From Candidatus Melainabacteria bacterium SSGW_16 (GTDB lineage Bacteria; Cyanobacteriota; Vampirovibrionia; 2-02-FULL-35-15), in assembly GCA_004769085.1 (NCBI GenBank), contig DUDS01000010.1, positions 688 through 64,687 on the forward strand: a stretch of 64,000 nucleotides of DNA, written 5' to 3'. Below are positions 1 through 12,592 of the stretch, piece after piece. The notes under the pieces were generated by a model. That model was given only the letters and a program-made list of their open reading frames with translations. It was not told where the DNA came from and made no database searches. The position numbers and the translations under genes were made by a program. The first letter of the stretch is position 1, and every line of letters begins with the position of its first letter.

Positions 1-570
1 TCCAGAAAGTATGGTGAATTACTTTCCGGGATGCCAATGTTTGAAATTAATAAAAGACCTTACCAACCAGGTCAGCATGGATTGAAACGATCCAAAAGTT
101 CGGAATATGGTAGTTTACTTCATGAAAAACAAAAATTAAGACATTCATATTCAATACCGGAGAAACAATTTAGAAGATACTTCCTGAAAGCCAATAAAAC
201 AAAAGGTCCTACAGGCGAAATCTTAATCCAGTTGTTAGAAACCAGACTTGATAATGTTGTCTATAGAATGGGTTTTGCTCCTACTCTTTTTTCGGCAAGA
301 CAGTTAGTATCTCATGGTCATGTTTTAGTAAACAATAAAAAAATTAATATACCATCATATGCAGTAAAACCAGGTACTGAAATAGCACTGAAAGAAAATG
401 CACAAAAAATAGAAGCTGTAAAAAACTCAATGAAAAATACTCCACAGGTTTTAAGTTATGTTTCAGTTGATAAAAATACATTTAAGGGAAAGCTTGTTCA
501 AATGCCTCAAAGAGGTGAGATCCCTGTAAATATTAATGAAAGGCTTATAGTCGAGTTCTATTCGAGATAA
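1..570 (+). CDS. rpsD: 30S ribosomal protein S4 (5'-truncated by window edge)
   Basis: PGQHG, LHEKQKLR, LETRLDNVVYRMGFA, ARQLVSHGH and IVEFYSR motifs. The frame is open back to base 1 (SRKYGELLSG-MP), so the true start lies upstream of the window. Confidence 0.97.
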   Translation, partial: SRKYGELLSGMPMFEINKRPYQPGQHGLKRSKSSEYGSLLHEKQKLRHSYSIPEKQFRRYFLKANKTKGPTGEILIQLLETRLDNVVYRMGFAPTLFSARQLVSHGHVLVNNKKINIPSYAVKPGTEIALKENAQKIEAVKNSMKNTPQVLSYVSVDKNTFKGKLVQMPQRGEIPVNINERLIVEFYSR

Positions 571-711
571 CCCTAGAAATAATAAGATTTTATATAAACT
601 AACCCTGAATATTACCTTAAATGGCTATTATGCTTTTTAACAAAATCATGAATTTGTGAGTCTTCTTAACCAATCGATCATCCTTATCCAGTAAGCTATG
701 TAACAAATTAC

Positions 712-1545
712 ATGGAAAATGAAGATAAAAATCAGCTCTTATTTAATGCTTCTGCAGGTTACCTGGATGAACATATTAATCAAATTCAGGAAATGCTTGC
801 ATACGGGTTAAATTTGCCTGTACAGGAAATAAAAATCAGTTTCCCATCGTTAAAAAACTTTTACTCAACCAATAATCTAGTTAAGTCATCATGGGCTATT
901 TATATTCAAGACGGCAAGATGCCTAAATTATTATACACAGGAAATTTCTTTATTCAGGGTGGAGGTTTTTCGCTGCGTTCTAATAAATCACCGTTTGGTG
1001 CTGATGCGCTATCATCACTCACCTCAATAGCAAATACTTTTTCTTATGAAGCATCATTCTTTAAACAAAACTGGACATATGATTTAAATCTTTTTGATGA
1101 TAACTCAGACAAACTAAAATTCTCTGTAAAGGAGTATCAGGAATTCTTGAAAATATTAAATATAGTAAGGGCGAAATGGTTACTGCATCTGAGTGAGGAA
1201 GGCAATTTTGATCTTGTAATAATTGAGTTTTCAGAACCATCTGATCAGTTGTTCTTTGTTGATTTGGAAAATGTTGATAGCTTGGCTACCCGGATAAAAA
1301 CCTATTTTAAGCCAATATCACAAAAAGCATTAAGTCAGTTTAGATCTTTGTCACTCAATACTGAATTTGAAGGAAAATTTTATAATTTGCAACCTGGTAC
1401 ATGGTTGAGGGATGATGTTTTGATTGAACTTGAAAAATATTATTCTGAGAAATTCTTTAATGGTCAAAAAATAGTTATGCAGATTGAGACTCAGGATCCA
1501 GGATTTACAAACCCTTTTAAGGTGCAAGTTCTGAGACCAACTTAA
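712..1545 (+). CDS. hypothetical protein (277 aa)
   Basis: Long ORF with ATG start filling the rpsD-phoU gap; no motif recognised. Confidence 0.75.
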   Translation: MENEDKNQLLFNASAGYLDEHINQIQEMLAYGLNLPVQEIKISFPSLKNFYSTNNLVKSSWAIYIQDGKMPKLLYTGNFFIQGGGFSLRSNKSPFGADALSSLTSIANTFSYEASFFKQNWTYDLNLFDDNSDKLKFSVKEYQEFLKILNIVRAKWLLHLSEEGNFDLVIIEFSEPSDQLFFVDLENVDSLATRIKTYFKPISQKALSQFRSLSLNTEFEGKFYNLQPGTWLRDDVLIELEKYYSEKFFNGQKIVMQIETQDPGFTNPFKVQVLRPT

Positions 1546-1546
1546 T

Positions 1547-2206
1547 TTAAGTGTTTTGTGTCTCAGCTTTGCCGTGAATTATATAATTTACCTGTTCAAT
1601 AATGTTCTGTACAGAATCAGAAATCTTTTCAAGTGATCTTACCGTTGCAAGTAGTTGTGCTTCAACCTTTGCCTTCTGTCCACTATCAACTGCCAATTCA
1701 TTTAAAATTTGTTTGTATAAGACATCATGAAGGAATCCAATTTCAGATAATGTTTTATCAATATACTGAATTGAGTCTGTGTTTGTAGAAAGATATAAGG
1801 TTAATGAATTTCTCATTAATTCCTGAACTTTTTCAGACATTTTTAAAAGTTGCTCTTTAAGGTCAGATTTCAATACATTAACTTCGACAATTTGAGGTAG
1901 TGTACTAATATATTGCTCTGAAATTTTCTCTAAATTAAGCACAATTTGTAATGAACCAATAACAAACCTTAGGTCTTTTATTAAGGGCTGCTGCAAAGTT
2001 AATACCATAAAACACTGATCATTAAGTTCTTTGCTTTCTTTTTTTACCTCACTTGATATTTGAATTAATGAGTTTTCAAGGTTTGTATTATGAGTTTCAA
2101 GCAATGATGTGTGTAGCCCAGAAATCTCAATACATTTTTCGCCAAGCAAATATATTTTTTGCTTAAGATCTGCTAAATCTCTTCTAAGTGTTGTTCTTGT
2201 TGTCAT
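1547..2206 (-). CDS. phoU: phosphate uptake regulator PhoU family protein
   Basis: LQQPLIKDLRFVIG..LEKI and second-repeat RSLEKISD..NIIEQVNYII match the two PhoU repeats; some acidic residues are divergent. Confidence 0.88.
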   Translation of the reverse strand: MTTRTTLRRDLADLKQKIYLLGEKCIEISGLHTSLLETHNTNLENSLIQISSEVKKESKELNDQCFMVLTLQQPLIKDLRFVIGSLQIVLNLEKISEQYISTLPQIVEVNVLKSDLKEQLLKMSEKVQELMRNSLTLYLSTNTDSIQYIDKTLSEIGFLHDVLYKQILNELAVDSGQKAKVEAQLLATVRSLEKISDSVQNIIEQVNYIIHGKAETQNT

Positions 2207-2338
2207 TCTTTCTGTTACATTCTAAATTATTTACTTGTTATGTACCCGCTTAAATAGTTATCATATCTCAGACAATGCAAACTAAAATATTATTTTAATA
2301 CTTATGTTTGTCTTAAATCAAAAAATTAGGAGTAGTTT

Positions 2339-4420
2339 ATGCATAATCAGCTTGTGTTAATGGTTATTGGGTGTTCTGTCTTAGCAATTATTGCTGGTCT
2401 ATTTTTAAGTGTGCTTGTATTAAAACTTAATCCAGGTAATGCAAAAATGCAGGAAATTGCTAAAGCAATTCAGGATGGAGCAAGTGCTTATTTAAATAGA
2501 CAATATAAAACTGTTGCAATAGTTGGTTTGGTCCTGGCAGTAATACTTTATTTTACATTGGGACTTCATACAGCACTGGGCTTTGTTATTGGTGCATTTT
2601 TTAGTGCTTTAACCGGATTTATTGGTATGAATGTTTCTGTAAGAGCAAATGTCAGATGTGCACAGGCTGCTTATGGCGGACTTGAAAAAGCATTGGATGT
2701 TGCATTTAAAGGTGGCTTAGTTACAGGTCTATTGGTTGTTGGTTTAGGGCTCTTGGGTGTATCAGGATATTTTTATTTGCTTCAAATCTGGGATCCTTCA
2801 AAAATTACAGAGAATGTCAGAGCTCTTATTGGACTTGGTTTTGGTGGCAGCTTAATATCTGTTTTTGCAAGACTTGGTGGAGGTATTTATACTAAAGCTG
2901 CTGATGTGGGTGCAGATTTAGTAGGAAAAGTTGAAGCTGGAATCCCTGAAGATGATCCACGAAATCCTGCTGTAATTGCTGATAATGTTGGTGATAATGT
3001 TGGTGATTGTGCCGGAATGGCTGCAGATTTGTTTGAAACCTATGCTGTAACTGCAATTGCAGCAATGCTTCTTGGTTCAATTGAATTTAATAAATTTATT
3101 GCTGCAGGAAATTTAAACCCTCTTATTTATCCCCTTGTGCTTGGTGCAATTTCAATAATTTCATCGATAATTGGTTCTTTTTTTGTAAAACTTGATAAAT
3201 CACAAAATATAATGGGTGCTTTATATAAAGGAGTAATTGCAAGTGGAATTATTTCAGCGATTATGTTTTATCCTGCTACAAAATATTTGATGTCCAATTT
3301 AGGTGTAAGTCCATTAAAGTTATATATTGCTTCTTTAATTGGGCTGATTATTACTGCTCTTCTTGTTTTGATTACTGAATACTATACATCTACGCACTTT
3401 AAGCCTGTTCGGACTATTGCCCAGGCATCAGTTACAGGGCATGCAACAAATATAATTGCAGGTTTAGCTTTATCAATGAAATCCACTGCATTGCCTGTAA
3501 TTACTATTGTTATTGGAATTATCTCATCATATTCTCTGGCTGGGATTTATGGAATTGCACTTGCTGTGATGTCTATGTTATCAATGACTGGAATAATTGT
3601 TGCTATTGATTCATATGGTCCAATAACTGATAATGCAGGTGGTATTGCAGAAATGGCTGGATTGCCAAAGGAGATTAGGAATGTTACTGATCCTCTTGAT
3701 GCAGTAGGAAATACCACAAAAGCAGTTACAAAAGGCTATGCCATTGGTTCAGCCGGACTTGCTGCTATTGTTTTGTTTTCATCATATACACAAGATTTAA
3801 GGGATCATCTTATATCTTCCGGTAGACAAGCAATAAATTTTGATTTAGGCGATCCATTTGTACTTGTTGGATTATTTATTGGAGGGTTAATTCCATTTTT
3901 ATTTGCTGCACTTGCAATGGAATCTGTTGGTAAAGCAGCATCACAGGTAGTAGAAGAAGTGAGAAGACAATTTGCTGAAATTAAAGGTATTATGCAGAAT
4001 ACTGCTAAGCCTGACTATGCATCGTGTGTAGATATAGTTACACAAAGTGCACTAAAAGAAATGATCTTTCCTGCATTGATACCTGTTCTTACCCCGGTTT
4101 TAATATTGTTTCTGTCTATGGTTTTGTTCAAGCATATTGATTTATACGCAGCACCCAAAATTCTTGGTGGTGTACTGGTAGGAAGTATTGTTACAGGAAT
4201 ATTTGTTGCAATTTCAATGACAAGTGGTGGAGGTGCCTGGGATAATGCAAAAAAATACATTGAAGAAGGTAACTTTGGTGGGAAAGGCTCAGATGCTCAT
4301 AAAGCAGCAGTCACAGGGGACACTGTAGGAGATCCTTATAAAGACACAGCTGGACCTGCAATCAATCCTATGATTAAAGTTTTAAATATAGTTGCATTAC
4401 TATTAATCTCATATCTTTAA
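2339..4420 (+). CDS. hppA: membrane-bound proton-translocating pyrophosphatase, probably K+-independent
   Basis: [40 protein letters not shown] and [10 protein letters not shown] motifs. GNTTKA carries the Lys of the K+-independent subfamily. Confidence 0.96.
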   Translation: MHNQLVLMVIGCSVLAIIAGLFLSVLVLKLNPGNAKMQEIAKAIQDGASAYLNRQYKTVAIVGLVLAVILYFTLGLHTALGFVIGAFFSALTGFIGMNVSVRANVRCAQAAYGGLEKALDVAFKGGLVTGLLVVGLGLLGVSGYFYLLQIWDPSKITENVRALIGLGFGGSLISVFARLGGGIYTKAADVGADLVGKVEAGIPEDDPRNPAVIADNVGDNVGDCAGMAADLFETYAVTAIAAMLLGSIEFNKFIAAGNLNPLIYPLVLGAISIISSIIGSFFVKLDKSQNIMGALYKGVIASGIISAIMFYPATKYLMSNLGVSPLKLYIASLIGLIITALLVLITEYYTSTHFKPVRTIAQASVTGHATNIIAGLALSMKSTALPVITIVIGIISSYSLAGIYGIALAVMSMLSMTGIIVAIDSYGPITDNAGGIAEMAGLPKEIRNVTDPLDAVGNTTKAVTKGYAIGSAGLAAIVLFSSYTQDLRDHLISSGRQAINFDLGDPFVLVGLFIGGLIPFLFAALAMESVGKAASQVVEEVRRQFAEIKGIMQNTAKPDYASCVDIVTQSALKEMIFPALIPVLTPVLILFLSMVLFKHIDLYAAPKILGGVLVGSIVTGIFVAISMTSGGGAWDNAKKYIEEGNFGGKGSDAHKAAVTGDTVGDPYKDTAGPAINPMIKVLNIVALLLISYL

Positions 4421-4539
4421 AATAATGCAATTTATCAGCATGAAGATAGGGTAGTAAAAATCTTAGTAATAATGAGATTTATCAGAATGTATAAAAATAT
4501 AATTCTTTTGCTTATTTAAATAACATAATTTATCAGCAT

Positions 4540-5082
4540 ATGTATATAAATATAAAAAGGGCAACATTAACATCAATAAAGGAAATTTCTAATATTGAAT
4601 CCTTAACATATCAAAAATATGCTTGGTCAGCTGATATGTTTAAATCTGAATTGAATAAAGATAATTCTATATATTTAATAGCAGAAAAAAGTGATAATAA
4701 AGATATAATAGGGTATATAGGTACATGGCTAGTTGAGGATGAAGCCCATATAACAACAATGGTAACTCATCCCTCGTATAGAAAAAAGCATATTGCTGAT
4801 ATATTACTATATAATTTAATATCTATATTATATATATATAACATTAAATGGATAACGCTAGAAGTTAAATCATCAAATATAGCAGCAATTAATTTATACA
4901 ACAAATATGGATTCAAACAAATTGGCATAAGAAAAAACTACTATCAGGAAAAGAATGAAGATGCATTAATACTCTGGACTGAAAATATATACTTATCTGA
5001 TTTTAAAAAGAATTTAGAACTCATAAATACCTACCTATCTGTTTTTTTAATTGATGCTGATAAATGCCAGTACAATGTTTAA
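4540..5082 (+). CDS. rimI: ribosomal-protein-alanine N-acetyltransferase (GNAT)
   Basis: EAHITT..HPSYRKKHIA, TLEVKSSNIAAINLY..YGF..IGIRKNYY..EDALI. Confidence 0.9.
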   Translation: MYINIKRATLTSIKEISNIESLTYQKYAWSADMFKSELNKDNSIYLIAEKSDNKDIIGYIGTWLVEDEAHITTMVTHPSYRKKHIADILLYNLISILYIYNIKWITLEVKSSNIAAINLYNKYGFKQIGIRKNYYQEKNEDALILWTENIYLSDFKKNLELINTYLSVFLIDADKCQYNV

Positions 5083-5339
5083 TATCTATTATTCTAAAAC
5101 TGAATTTATTATCTAAATTTACATAAGTGTAGAAAAACACTCTAAGAAATCTTATAAGTTTCAATATTGAGAGATCTACAGCCAAATTCATAGTTTATAG
5201 CTTTAGATAATTTTATATTATCTGTAAGGCATATACAGTTAAAAGAATTTGTCACAAAATTAAGTTAGATCGACATTCGACTTTGGGTATTACATAGAAT
5301 ATAAAAATGTAATTTTTGTTTTTTGAAAGATATCTGTAA

Positions 5340-6065
5340 ATGAGCAAAATTCTTGTAATTGATGATGATAGTTCAATTGTTGAATTGATTAAGGTTAATC
5401 TTGAACTTCAAGGACATTTAGTAGTTGCAGCAAATGAAGCTTTGACTGGAATTGCTTTAGCCCAACAAGAACTTCCAGATTTAATTATTCTGGACCTTAT
5501 GATGCCAGGAGTAGATGGATTTACAGCTGCTCAAAGATTAAGGCAAAATGATGTCACAAAATCGATACCAATTTTAATGCTTACAGCATTATCTAGAACT
5601 GAGGACAAAGTATCAGGATTTAATGCAGGTGCTGACGACTATTTAACAAAACCTTTTGAACTACCCGAACTTTATGTAAGGGTAAGAGCACTATTGAGAC
5701 GGACAGGTAAGGTTCAAACTACTCTCCCGCTTCCTGAAATATTACATGCTGGAGATATTACCCTTATACCAGAAAGCAGAGAAGCAAAAATAACAGATAA
5801 GGTTATCAGGCTAACACCAATTGAATTTGAAGTCTTACACTGTCTGCTACAGCACCATGGACAAACAGTTACTACCAGCAAGCTTCTTGAAGAAGTATGG
5901 GGATACTCACCAGATGACGATGTAGATACTATAAGAGTTCACATTAGACACCTTAGAACAAGAATAGAAATAGGCAGTAAAAGATATATTAAAACAGTAT
6001 ACGGTGGTGGGTACCAGCTAATACCAGATGGATTTGTTGGCAAAGGTGAACCCCAGCCAACATAA
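5340..6065 (+). CDS. rpaA: OmpR-family response regulator, RpaA orthologue
   Basis: Receiver plus winged helix. [39 protein letters not shown] and [11 protein letters not shown] closely resemble cyanobacterial RpaA as recalled. Confidence 0.85.
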   Translation: MSKILVIDDDSSIVELIKVNLELQGHLVVAANEALTGIALAQQELPDLIILDLMMPGVDGFTAAQRLRQNDVTKSIPILMLTALSRTEDKVSGFNAGADDYLTKPFELPELYVRVRALLRRTGKVQTTLPLPEILHAGDITLIPESREAKITDKVIRLTPIEFEVLHCLLQHHGQTVTTSKLLEEVWGYSPDDDVDTIRVHIRHLRTRIEIGSKRYIKTVYGGGYQLIPDGFVGKGEPQPT

Positions 6066-6144
6066 ATAAACCGACTTCCTTTTTAATTTCGCTTCGTATA
6101 AGTCTTTGATATAGTAATTAAGTGCTTATGGTTTTATAAAACCA

Positions 6145-6217
6145 GGGCGCTTAGCTCAGTTGGTAGAGCACCTGTTTGACGTACAGGTGGTCAGAGGTTC
6201 AAGTCCTCTAGCGCCCA
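6145..6217 (+). tRNA. tRNA-Val(GAC)
   Basis: GGGCGCT/AGCGCCC acceptor stem, D-arm AGCTCAGTTGGTAGAGC, anticodon arm CCTGT-TTGACGT-ACAGG, T-loop GGTTCAAGTCC; no encoded CCA. Confidence 0.96.
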
Positions 6218-6306
6218 TTTTTATATAGACCTCCATATTTTCAGAGAATTTAAGCAGTATTATAATTAACTTAAGTTTTAATCATATTAAACAAGAAATA
6301 AACCCT

Positions 6307-6648
6307 ATGGATCTTAGAATCATAAGAACCGGTTCAATCCTTTCACCTCTTCACACAACTAGGGTTTTATTTCGTTCAATAGCACATAGACAAAGTATTA
6401 ATAGTGAAATTGAAAAGCTAAGAACGAGGGGGGTTACTCATGACGAAGAAAATGCTTGTCGAAGATTATATGCATTATCAGAACCAAGACATTGGAGAAC
6501 TTTAACAAGAGCATTTTCATCCATTGTTCAAATAGCAAGACATAGAAAAAATCTTCCAATAGATAGATTCAAAATGCTTACAGATAATGCATATAAACAT
6601 TGTTGTTCTAAAGATATTGACAGCGAATTCACTTATGCCGGTGTTTAA
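6307..6648 (+). CDS. hypothetical protein (113 aa, basic)
   Basis: ATG-started ORF downstream of tRNA-Val; no motif recognised. Confidence 0.6.
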   Translation: MDLRIIRTGSILSPLHTTRVLFRSIAHRQSINSEIEKLRTRGVTHDEENACRRLYALSEPRHWRTLTRAFSSIVQIARHRKNLPIDRFKMLTDNAYKHCCSKDIDSEFTYAGV

Positions 6649-6655
6649 AACAAGC

Positions 6656-7126
6656 CTATGCTTTTTTAACTACATATTTAAAAATTAATGTAAGTCCAAC
6701 AGCTAAAACAAGTGTAACAAACCAGGGCATAAGCAGCCTTTTTAATTGTTCAAAAAAACTAACATGTCTTCTTGTTTGATTTTTTGCAATTTTTCTTTCA
6801 ACGATCTTGCTGCCTTTCTTTTTGATAAGCTCATCTTTATTAATCAGATCAGAATATGAAGTAGTATTTACCTCAGAATCGTTTTCGATTAAATCCAAAG
6901 CAGGATCATTACTTTTATAAATTTTTGTAGTTATACTTGATTCATCAAGTTCTTCAAGTTCATTGCCTGATATTGTACGTGCATTAGGGACAGGAGTTTT
7001 ACTTTCAGTGTCTTTTTGCTCAAATTTCAAAATGTTGGAAATATGCATATTATCAGCTAAGGACACCTGCTGAGTTAATAATATAAGTACACTGGTAATA
7101 AAAACACTTTTGAATATAAAGTTCAT
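6656..7126 (-). CDS. hypothetical exported protein with C-terminal membrane anchor
   Basis: Signal-peptide-like N-terminus (..QVSLA-D) and C-terminal hydrophobic helix followed by KKA. Confidence 0.75.
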   Translation of the reverse strand: MNFIFKSVFITSVLILLTQQVSLADNMHISNILKFEQKDTESKTPVPNARTISGNELEELDESSITTKIYKSNDPALDLIENDSEVNTTSYSDLINKDELIKKKGSKIVERKIAKNQTRRHVSFFEQLKRLLMPWFVTLVLAVGLTLIFKYVVKKA

Positions 7127-7271
7127 AATAATTGATAATCAGACCTATCTGGTTCACAATTAATTGTAAAACAACTTTAAATACCCCGCGCGAAGAAGTA
7201 TTTGTAATACTTTGAAGAAACCTGCTTAGAAGAGTTCCACAAGTTTAAAATATAATGTTATTTTGTATTAT

Positions 7272-8300
7272 ATGCAGAATAAAGTTAAAAACATTTCAGC
7301 AATAATTATTTTAATTTGTATATTATCAGTTATTTTATATGCATTTTTGCCAAAAGAAAAACTACAGTCAAGAATAACTGAGATTAATTACGGATCTGAT
7401 TCAACTTTTCGATCCGTTAAACCAATTGGAATTCACAGCCCTTTTAAAGGAGAAAGAATTTCAGTAATTAAGCTTGAAGGAATTATAAGTGACAGTGCAG
7501 GTTCATCATTTATAAAGGACACTACCTCGAGCAGCTATGTACTTGAACTCATAAATAAAGCTACTGCTGATCCACATGTAAAAGGAATTGTTTTAAGAAT
7601 TAATAGTCCTGGCGGAACAGTTGCTGCAAGCCAGGAACTATATCAGGCTATTCTTTCAGCAAAGAAGAAAAAGCCGGTTGTTATAACTATGGGTGATGTA
7701 GCTGCATCCGGTGGATATTACATTGCTTCAGCAGGAAATGTTATTTTTGCAAACCGGGGCACACTAACAGGAAGTATTGGCGTTATAACTTCATACTTAA
7801 ATTTCTATGACCTTCTGACAAAGATTGGTATTAAGGGAATTGTAATTAAATCAGGTGAATATAAAGATATTGGAAATCCAACCAGGCCACTAACAGAAGG
7901 AGAAAGAAAAATACTACAAGCACTCTTAGACAACACATATAGTCAGTTCATCCACGATGTTGCTAAAGGCAGGGAAATGCCTGTTAAAAGAGTTAGTGAA
8001 ATTGCAAAAGGACTTATTTATACAGGGGCTCAGGCAAAGAAAATCGGATTAGTGGATCATCTTGGTGATTTTAATAAGGCAATAAAACATGCACAAAAAC
8101 TGGTCAAAGAAAGATTTCCTGAACTCAAAAGAAAGTATGGCAAGGAAGATATACCCATTGAAGAAAGCTGGAAAGGCACTTCAATTCTGGATGCACTTAT
8201 AGGTGCTGCAGTTAAAAACATAAATCCTACTGTATTAGACAACAGGCTATTTAAACCAGTTTCATACTCAAAGTTTCAACCACTTTGGCTGCTTGAATAA
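7272..8300 (+). CDS. sppA: signal peptide peptidase SppA (S49, short form)
   Basis: LRINSPGG, GDVAASGGYYIA, TLTGSIGV and KSGEYKD motifs with an N-terminal TM. ATG 7272 preferred over TTG 7263. Confidence 0.94.
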   Translation: MQNKVKNISAIIILICILSVILYAFLPKEKLQSRITEINYGSDSTFRSVKPIGIHSPFKGERISVIKLEGIISDSAGSSFIKDTTSSSYVLELINKATADPHVKGIVLRINSPGGTVAASQELYQAILSAKKKKPVVITMGDVAASGGYYIASAGNVIFANRGTLTGSIGVITSYLNFYDLLTKIGIKGIVIKSGEYKDIGNPTRPLTEGERKILQALLDNTYSQFIHDVAKGREMPVKRVSEIAKGLIYTGAQAKKIGLVDHLGDFNKAIKHAQKLVKERFPELKRKYGKEDIPIEESWKGTSILDALIGAAVKNINPTVLDNRLFKPVSYSKFQPLWLLE

Positions 8301-8304
8301 AGAG

Positions 8305-9018
8305 TTATTTTTTAGCAAAATATCTAGGGGCATTTGAATAAGGTTTTGGGAATTTTTTTAGTTCTTTTATTTTTTTCATTACTATCTCTCTGACCTTTTT
8401 CTGCTGATCATTGATTGGCAATGTAGCATCAATGACTGTAAGACCAAATTCCTCAATCATTTTTTCGTATTCATTAAGGATTTTTTCCTGAAAGATCTTA
8501 AAACTTTCTTTTATATCACTTGATAAATTTAAATCCATCCCGGCTTCATAGTACTTTATCTGTGCACGGCTGCTTAAAATCCGATCGAGAGCAACACTTA
8601 AAGGCACTTTAAAATAAAAAGTAATTGTTGGTTTAACAGCAAACTCATAAAGTTTTCTTACCCATTTTGGATCAACACCTCTTGCAGCATCCCGTGCAAA
8701 TGCAGTATAGATATATCTATCTGCAAGTACAATTGCACCTGCTTTTAGCGGGGGAATAATTTCACTTTCAATACGATCAGCAAAATCAGTAGTATGTATA
8801 AGACTAAATGTAGTCGGGGTAAGTATCTGTTTTGTTTTTCCTCTTCTGGTAGTAGTTTTTACAAGCGGCGAAGAATTCCATTCGCTTAAAAATACACCGT
8901 AACCTTCATTCTGAAGCCACTGGTGCAGAAGTTTTAACTGCGTACTTTTACCTGAACCATCAATGCCTTCTACAGTAAATAATTTGCCAGGTAATTCTTG
9001 TTTAAAGTAATTGCTCAT
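8305..9018 (-). CDS. tmk: thymidylate kinase family protein
   Basis: P-loop EGIDGSGKSTQ and VLADRY motif. Confidence 0.85.
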   Translation of the reverse strand: MSNYFKQELPGKLFTVEGIDGSGKSTQLKLLHQWLQNEGYGVFLSEWNSSPLVKTTTRRGKTKQILTPTTFSLIHTTDFADRIESEIIPPLKAGAIVLADRYIYTAFARDAARGVDPKWVRKLYEFAVKPTITFYFKVPLSVALDRILSSRAQIKYYEAGMDLNLSSDIKESFKIFQEKILNEYEKMIEEFGLTVIDATLPINDQQKKVREIVMKKIKELKKFPKPYSNAPRYFAKK

Positions 9019-9022
9019 GTTT

Positions 9023-9133
9023 TACTCACCGCCCTCCTCGCTTCGTCGTCGCTTGTCGGGCTTTGCAACGTGCTCCTGGTCTACCTCTTGTAACATTCTA
9101 CAGATTTTGCCGAACGAATCATCAAAATCTTAC
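9023..9133. repeat. dispersed structured intergenic repeat, copy A
   Basis: Homologous to 21378-21490 (same orientation) and 31729-31839 (inverted); contains two hairpins. Confidence 0.85.
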
Positions 9134-9324
9134 TAATTGAATAGCTTACCTGAAGATTTTGCATAAGCTAAGTAGCAACCAACAGACTTTAATAATATTA
9201 TATTTGCTGTGATTAAAAAGTATTTCAGGGATACTATATTACAAGCATAATCAATAAACATTTATTAACTATATAAATACAATCATTCTAAAAACAAACA
9301 AAGCTGTTTTAATTGAAGTTTGTA

Positions 9325-10341
9325 ATGAAAAAAGAAAAATCGTTAATTGTTTCAATACTTGGTGCAGGAAGCTGGGGTGGCACATTAGCCTGGCTTTTAA
9401 GCTCAAAAGGTATAAAAGTAAATCTATGGACATTCAGCAATGAAGAATACAATGCAATTAAAAAATCAAATTCATTATTAAGGCCAGTAAAAATAAAATT
9501 AAACAAAAATATTCGCCTGACAACTGATCTCAGATATACGGTAGACAAAGGTAATATTTTAATTATAGCTGTTCCAACAAATGCGTTTAAATCAACAATT
9601 CAGGAAATTAAAAACTATAAAATAAAAAAAGACAGCGTTATTCTTAGTGCAACAAAAGGTATAACAACAAATGAGAATTTAAGACCTTCACAGATCTTAA
9701 AAAAATATCTACCAAGAAATCCAATTGCAGTTTTATCAGGTCCAAATATTGCAATGGATGTAGTCTCAAAAGCACCAATAATTTCAGTAATTGGATCAAC
9801 TAGTGTAAAAACAGCAACCTTATTACAAAAACTTTTATCATCGAGACATTTCAGGATCTATTTAAATAACGATATAAATGGTGTAGAAATTGCAGGTGCA
9901 CTAAAAAATGTTATTGCACTTGCAGCAGGGATGTCCGATGGTTTTGGTTTTAATATAAGTACAAAGGCAGCCCTTATCAGCAGAGGACTGACTGAAATTG
10001 CAAGAATAGTAGTTAAAGAGGGGGGGAAAGCAAAAACACTTCTTGGAGCAGCAGGGATAGGGGATTTAATTGCAACGTGCTGCAGTACAAATAGCAGAAA
10101 TTACCGGGTAGGATTTAGCCTGGCAAAAGGAAAAAAGCTGAAAGACATTTTAAAGTCACTTGGTCAGGTAGCAGAAGGAACAGAAACTGTAAAATCAATG
10201 ATTAGCCTTGCAAAAAAGCATAAAGTAGATGTGCCAATTGCCCAGGGTGTATATAACATTATTTATAGAAATAAAAAACCTGAGACAGAATTAAAAAATC
10301 TTCTAGAGAGACAACCTGCTAAATATGAAATTGAATTTTAA
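9325..10341 (+). CDS. gpsA: NAD(P)H-dependent glycerol-3-phosphate dehydrogenase
   Basis: GAGSWG, SATKG, LSGPNIA, GALKNVIA, GIGDLIATC..SRN and VAEG motifs. Alternative TTG start at 9313. Confidence 0.95.
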   Translation: MKKEKSLIVSILGAGSWGGTLAWLLSSKGIKVNLWTFSNEEYNAIKKSNSLLRPVKIKLNKNIRLTTDLRYTVDKGNILIIAVPTNAFKSTIQEIKNYKIKKDSVILSATKGITTNENLRPSQILKKYLPRNPIAVLSGPNIAMDVVSKAPIISVIGSTSVKTATLLQKLLSSRHFRIYLNNDINGVEIAGALKNVIALAAGMSDGFGFNISTKAALISRGLTEIARIVVKEGGKAKTLLGAAGIGDLIATCCSTNSRNYRVGFSLAKGKKLKDILKSLGQVAEGTETVKSMISLAKKHKVDVPIAQGVYNIIYRNKKPETELKNLLERQPAKYEIEF

Positions 10342-10345
10342 TGAT

Positions 10346-11788
<1,443 letters not shown>

Positions 11789-11861
11789 CTAACATTTATA
11801 CATTTATAAGTAAATTGTATTTTTAACTATTCGGGCAAAGAGTAAAAACAGGGAAATATAG

Positions 11862-12542
11862 TTATTTATATAAATTACTTTCAGGAGCTGCGATTATATT
11901 TTCTTCATCTGTTTTTCTTTCCTGTAGTTCCACATTTTTGTTATTACCCTCTCTAAGTTTTAACTCTTTATTCATAACAATATAATTTGTCCCGCTGTCT
12001 TCCTCCCGGCATATAAACCTGAAAATAGTTGGGGGCTGATTTAAAAATTTATCCACAAACAATAACAAACTTAAACCATCTCCAGGATATATTACATATG
12101 TCCTTCCAGGAGCCAAAAAACTACTGTTATCTGCAAAGTTAGAACTATTTCTTTTAAATGAACCCACCGATCTAACAGTACTTGCAGCAGTTCTTGCAAT
12201 CCCTCCAAAAGCAAGTGATGCTGCACCAGCAGCAATATTAAGAACAGCAAGTTTATTTTTATTAGATTTATCCTTAACCAAAGAATTAACTTCAGCAATA
12301 TTGCTATAGCTTACACCCAAATCTATGCTGTATCCTGGGACAGAAAATGTTTTATCAGATCTATTTTCAAAATATATTTCATACAAATCAAATCTCTTGG
12401 AAATTGCATGGTGTAAAGGTACATCATCAATTACTCTTATATCGTATTCCAACCCATCAACCTTCTCAATACTGGGAAAAACTGGCAGCTGCAATAATAA
12501 AAAGCAAAATATTAAAACAACAATTTTAAAGCATTCTGTCAT
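11862..12542 (-). CDS. hypothetical exported protein
   Basis: Hydrophobic signal-like N-terminus and an internal Ala/Gly-rich helix. Confidence 0.75.
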   Translation of the reverse strand: MTECFKIVVLIFCFLLLQLPVFPSIEKVDGLEYDIRVIDDVPLHHAISKRFDLYEIYFENRSDKTFSVPGYSIDLGVSYSNIAEVNSLVKDKSNKNKLAVLNIAAGAASLAFGGIARTAASTVRSVGSFKRNSSNFADNSSFLAPGRTYVIYPGDGLSLLLFVDKFLNQPPTIFRFICREEDSGTNYIVMNKELKLREGNNKNVELQERKTDEENIIAAPESNLYK

Positions 12543-12592
12543 AAAAGTATTTCAATTCAGTCTCAATGTACTTAAATAATACCCAGTAATTT

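Noticed and set aside
4430..4540. Mini CRISPR array
   Set aside because: The repeat is only 9-12 bp in three copies and there are no cas genes.
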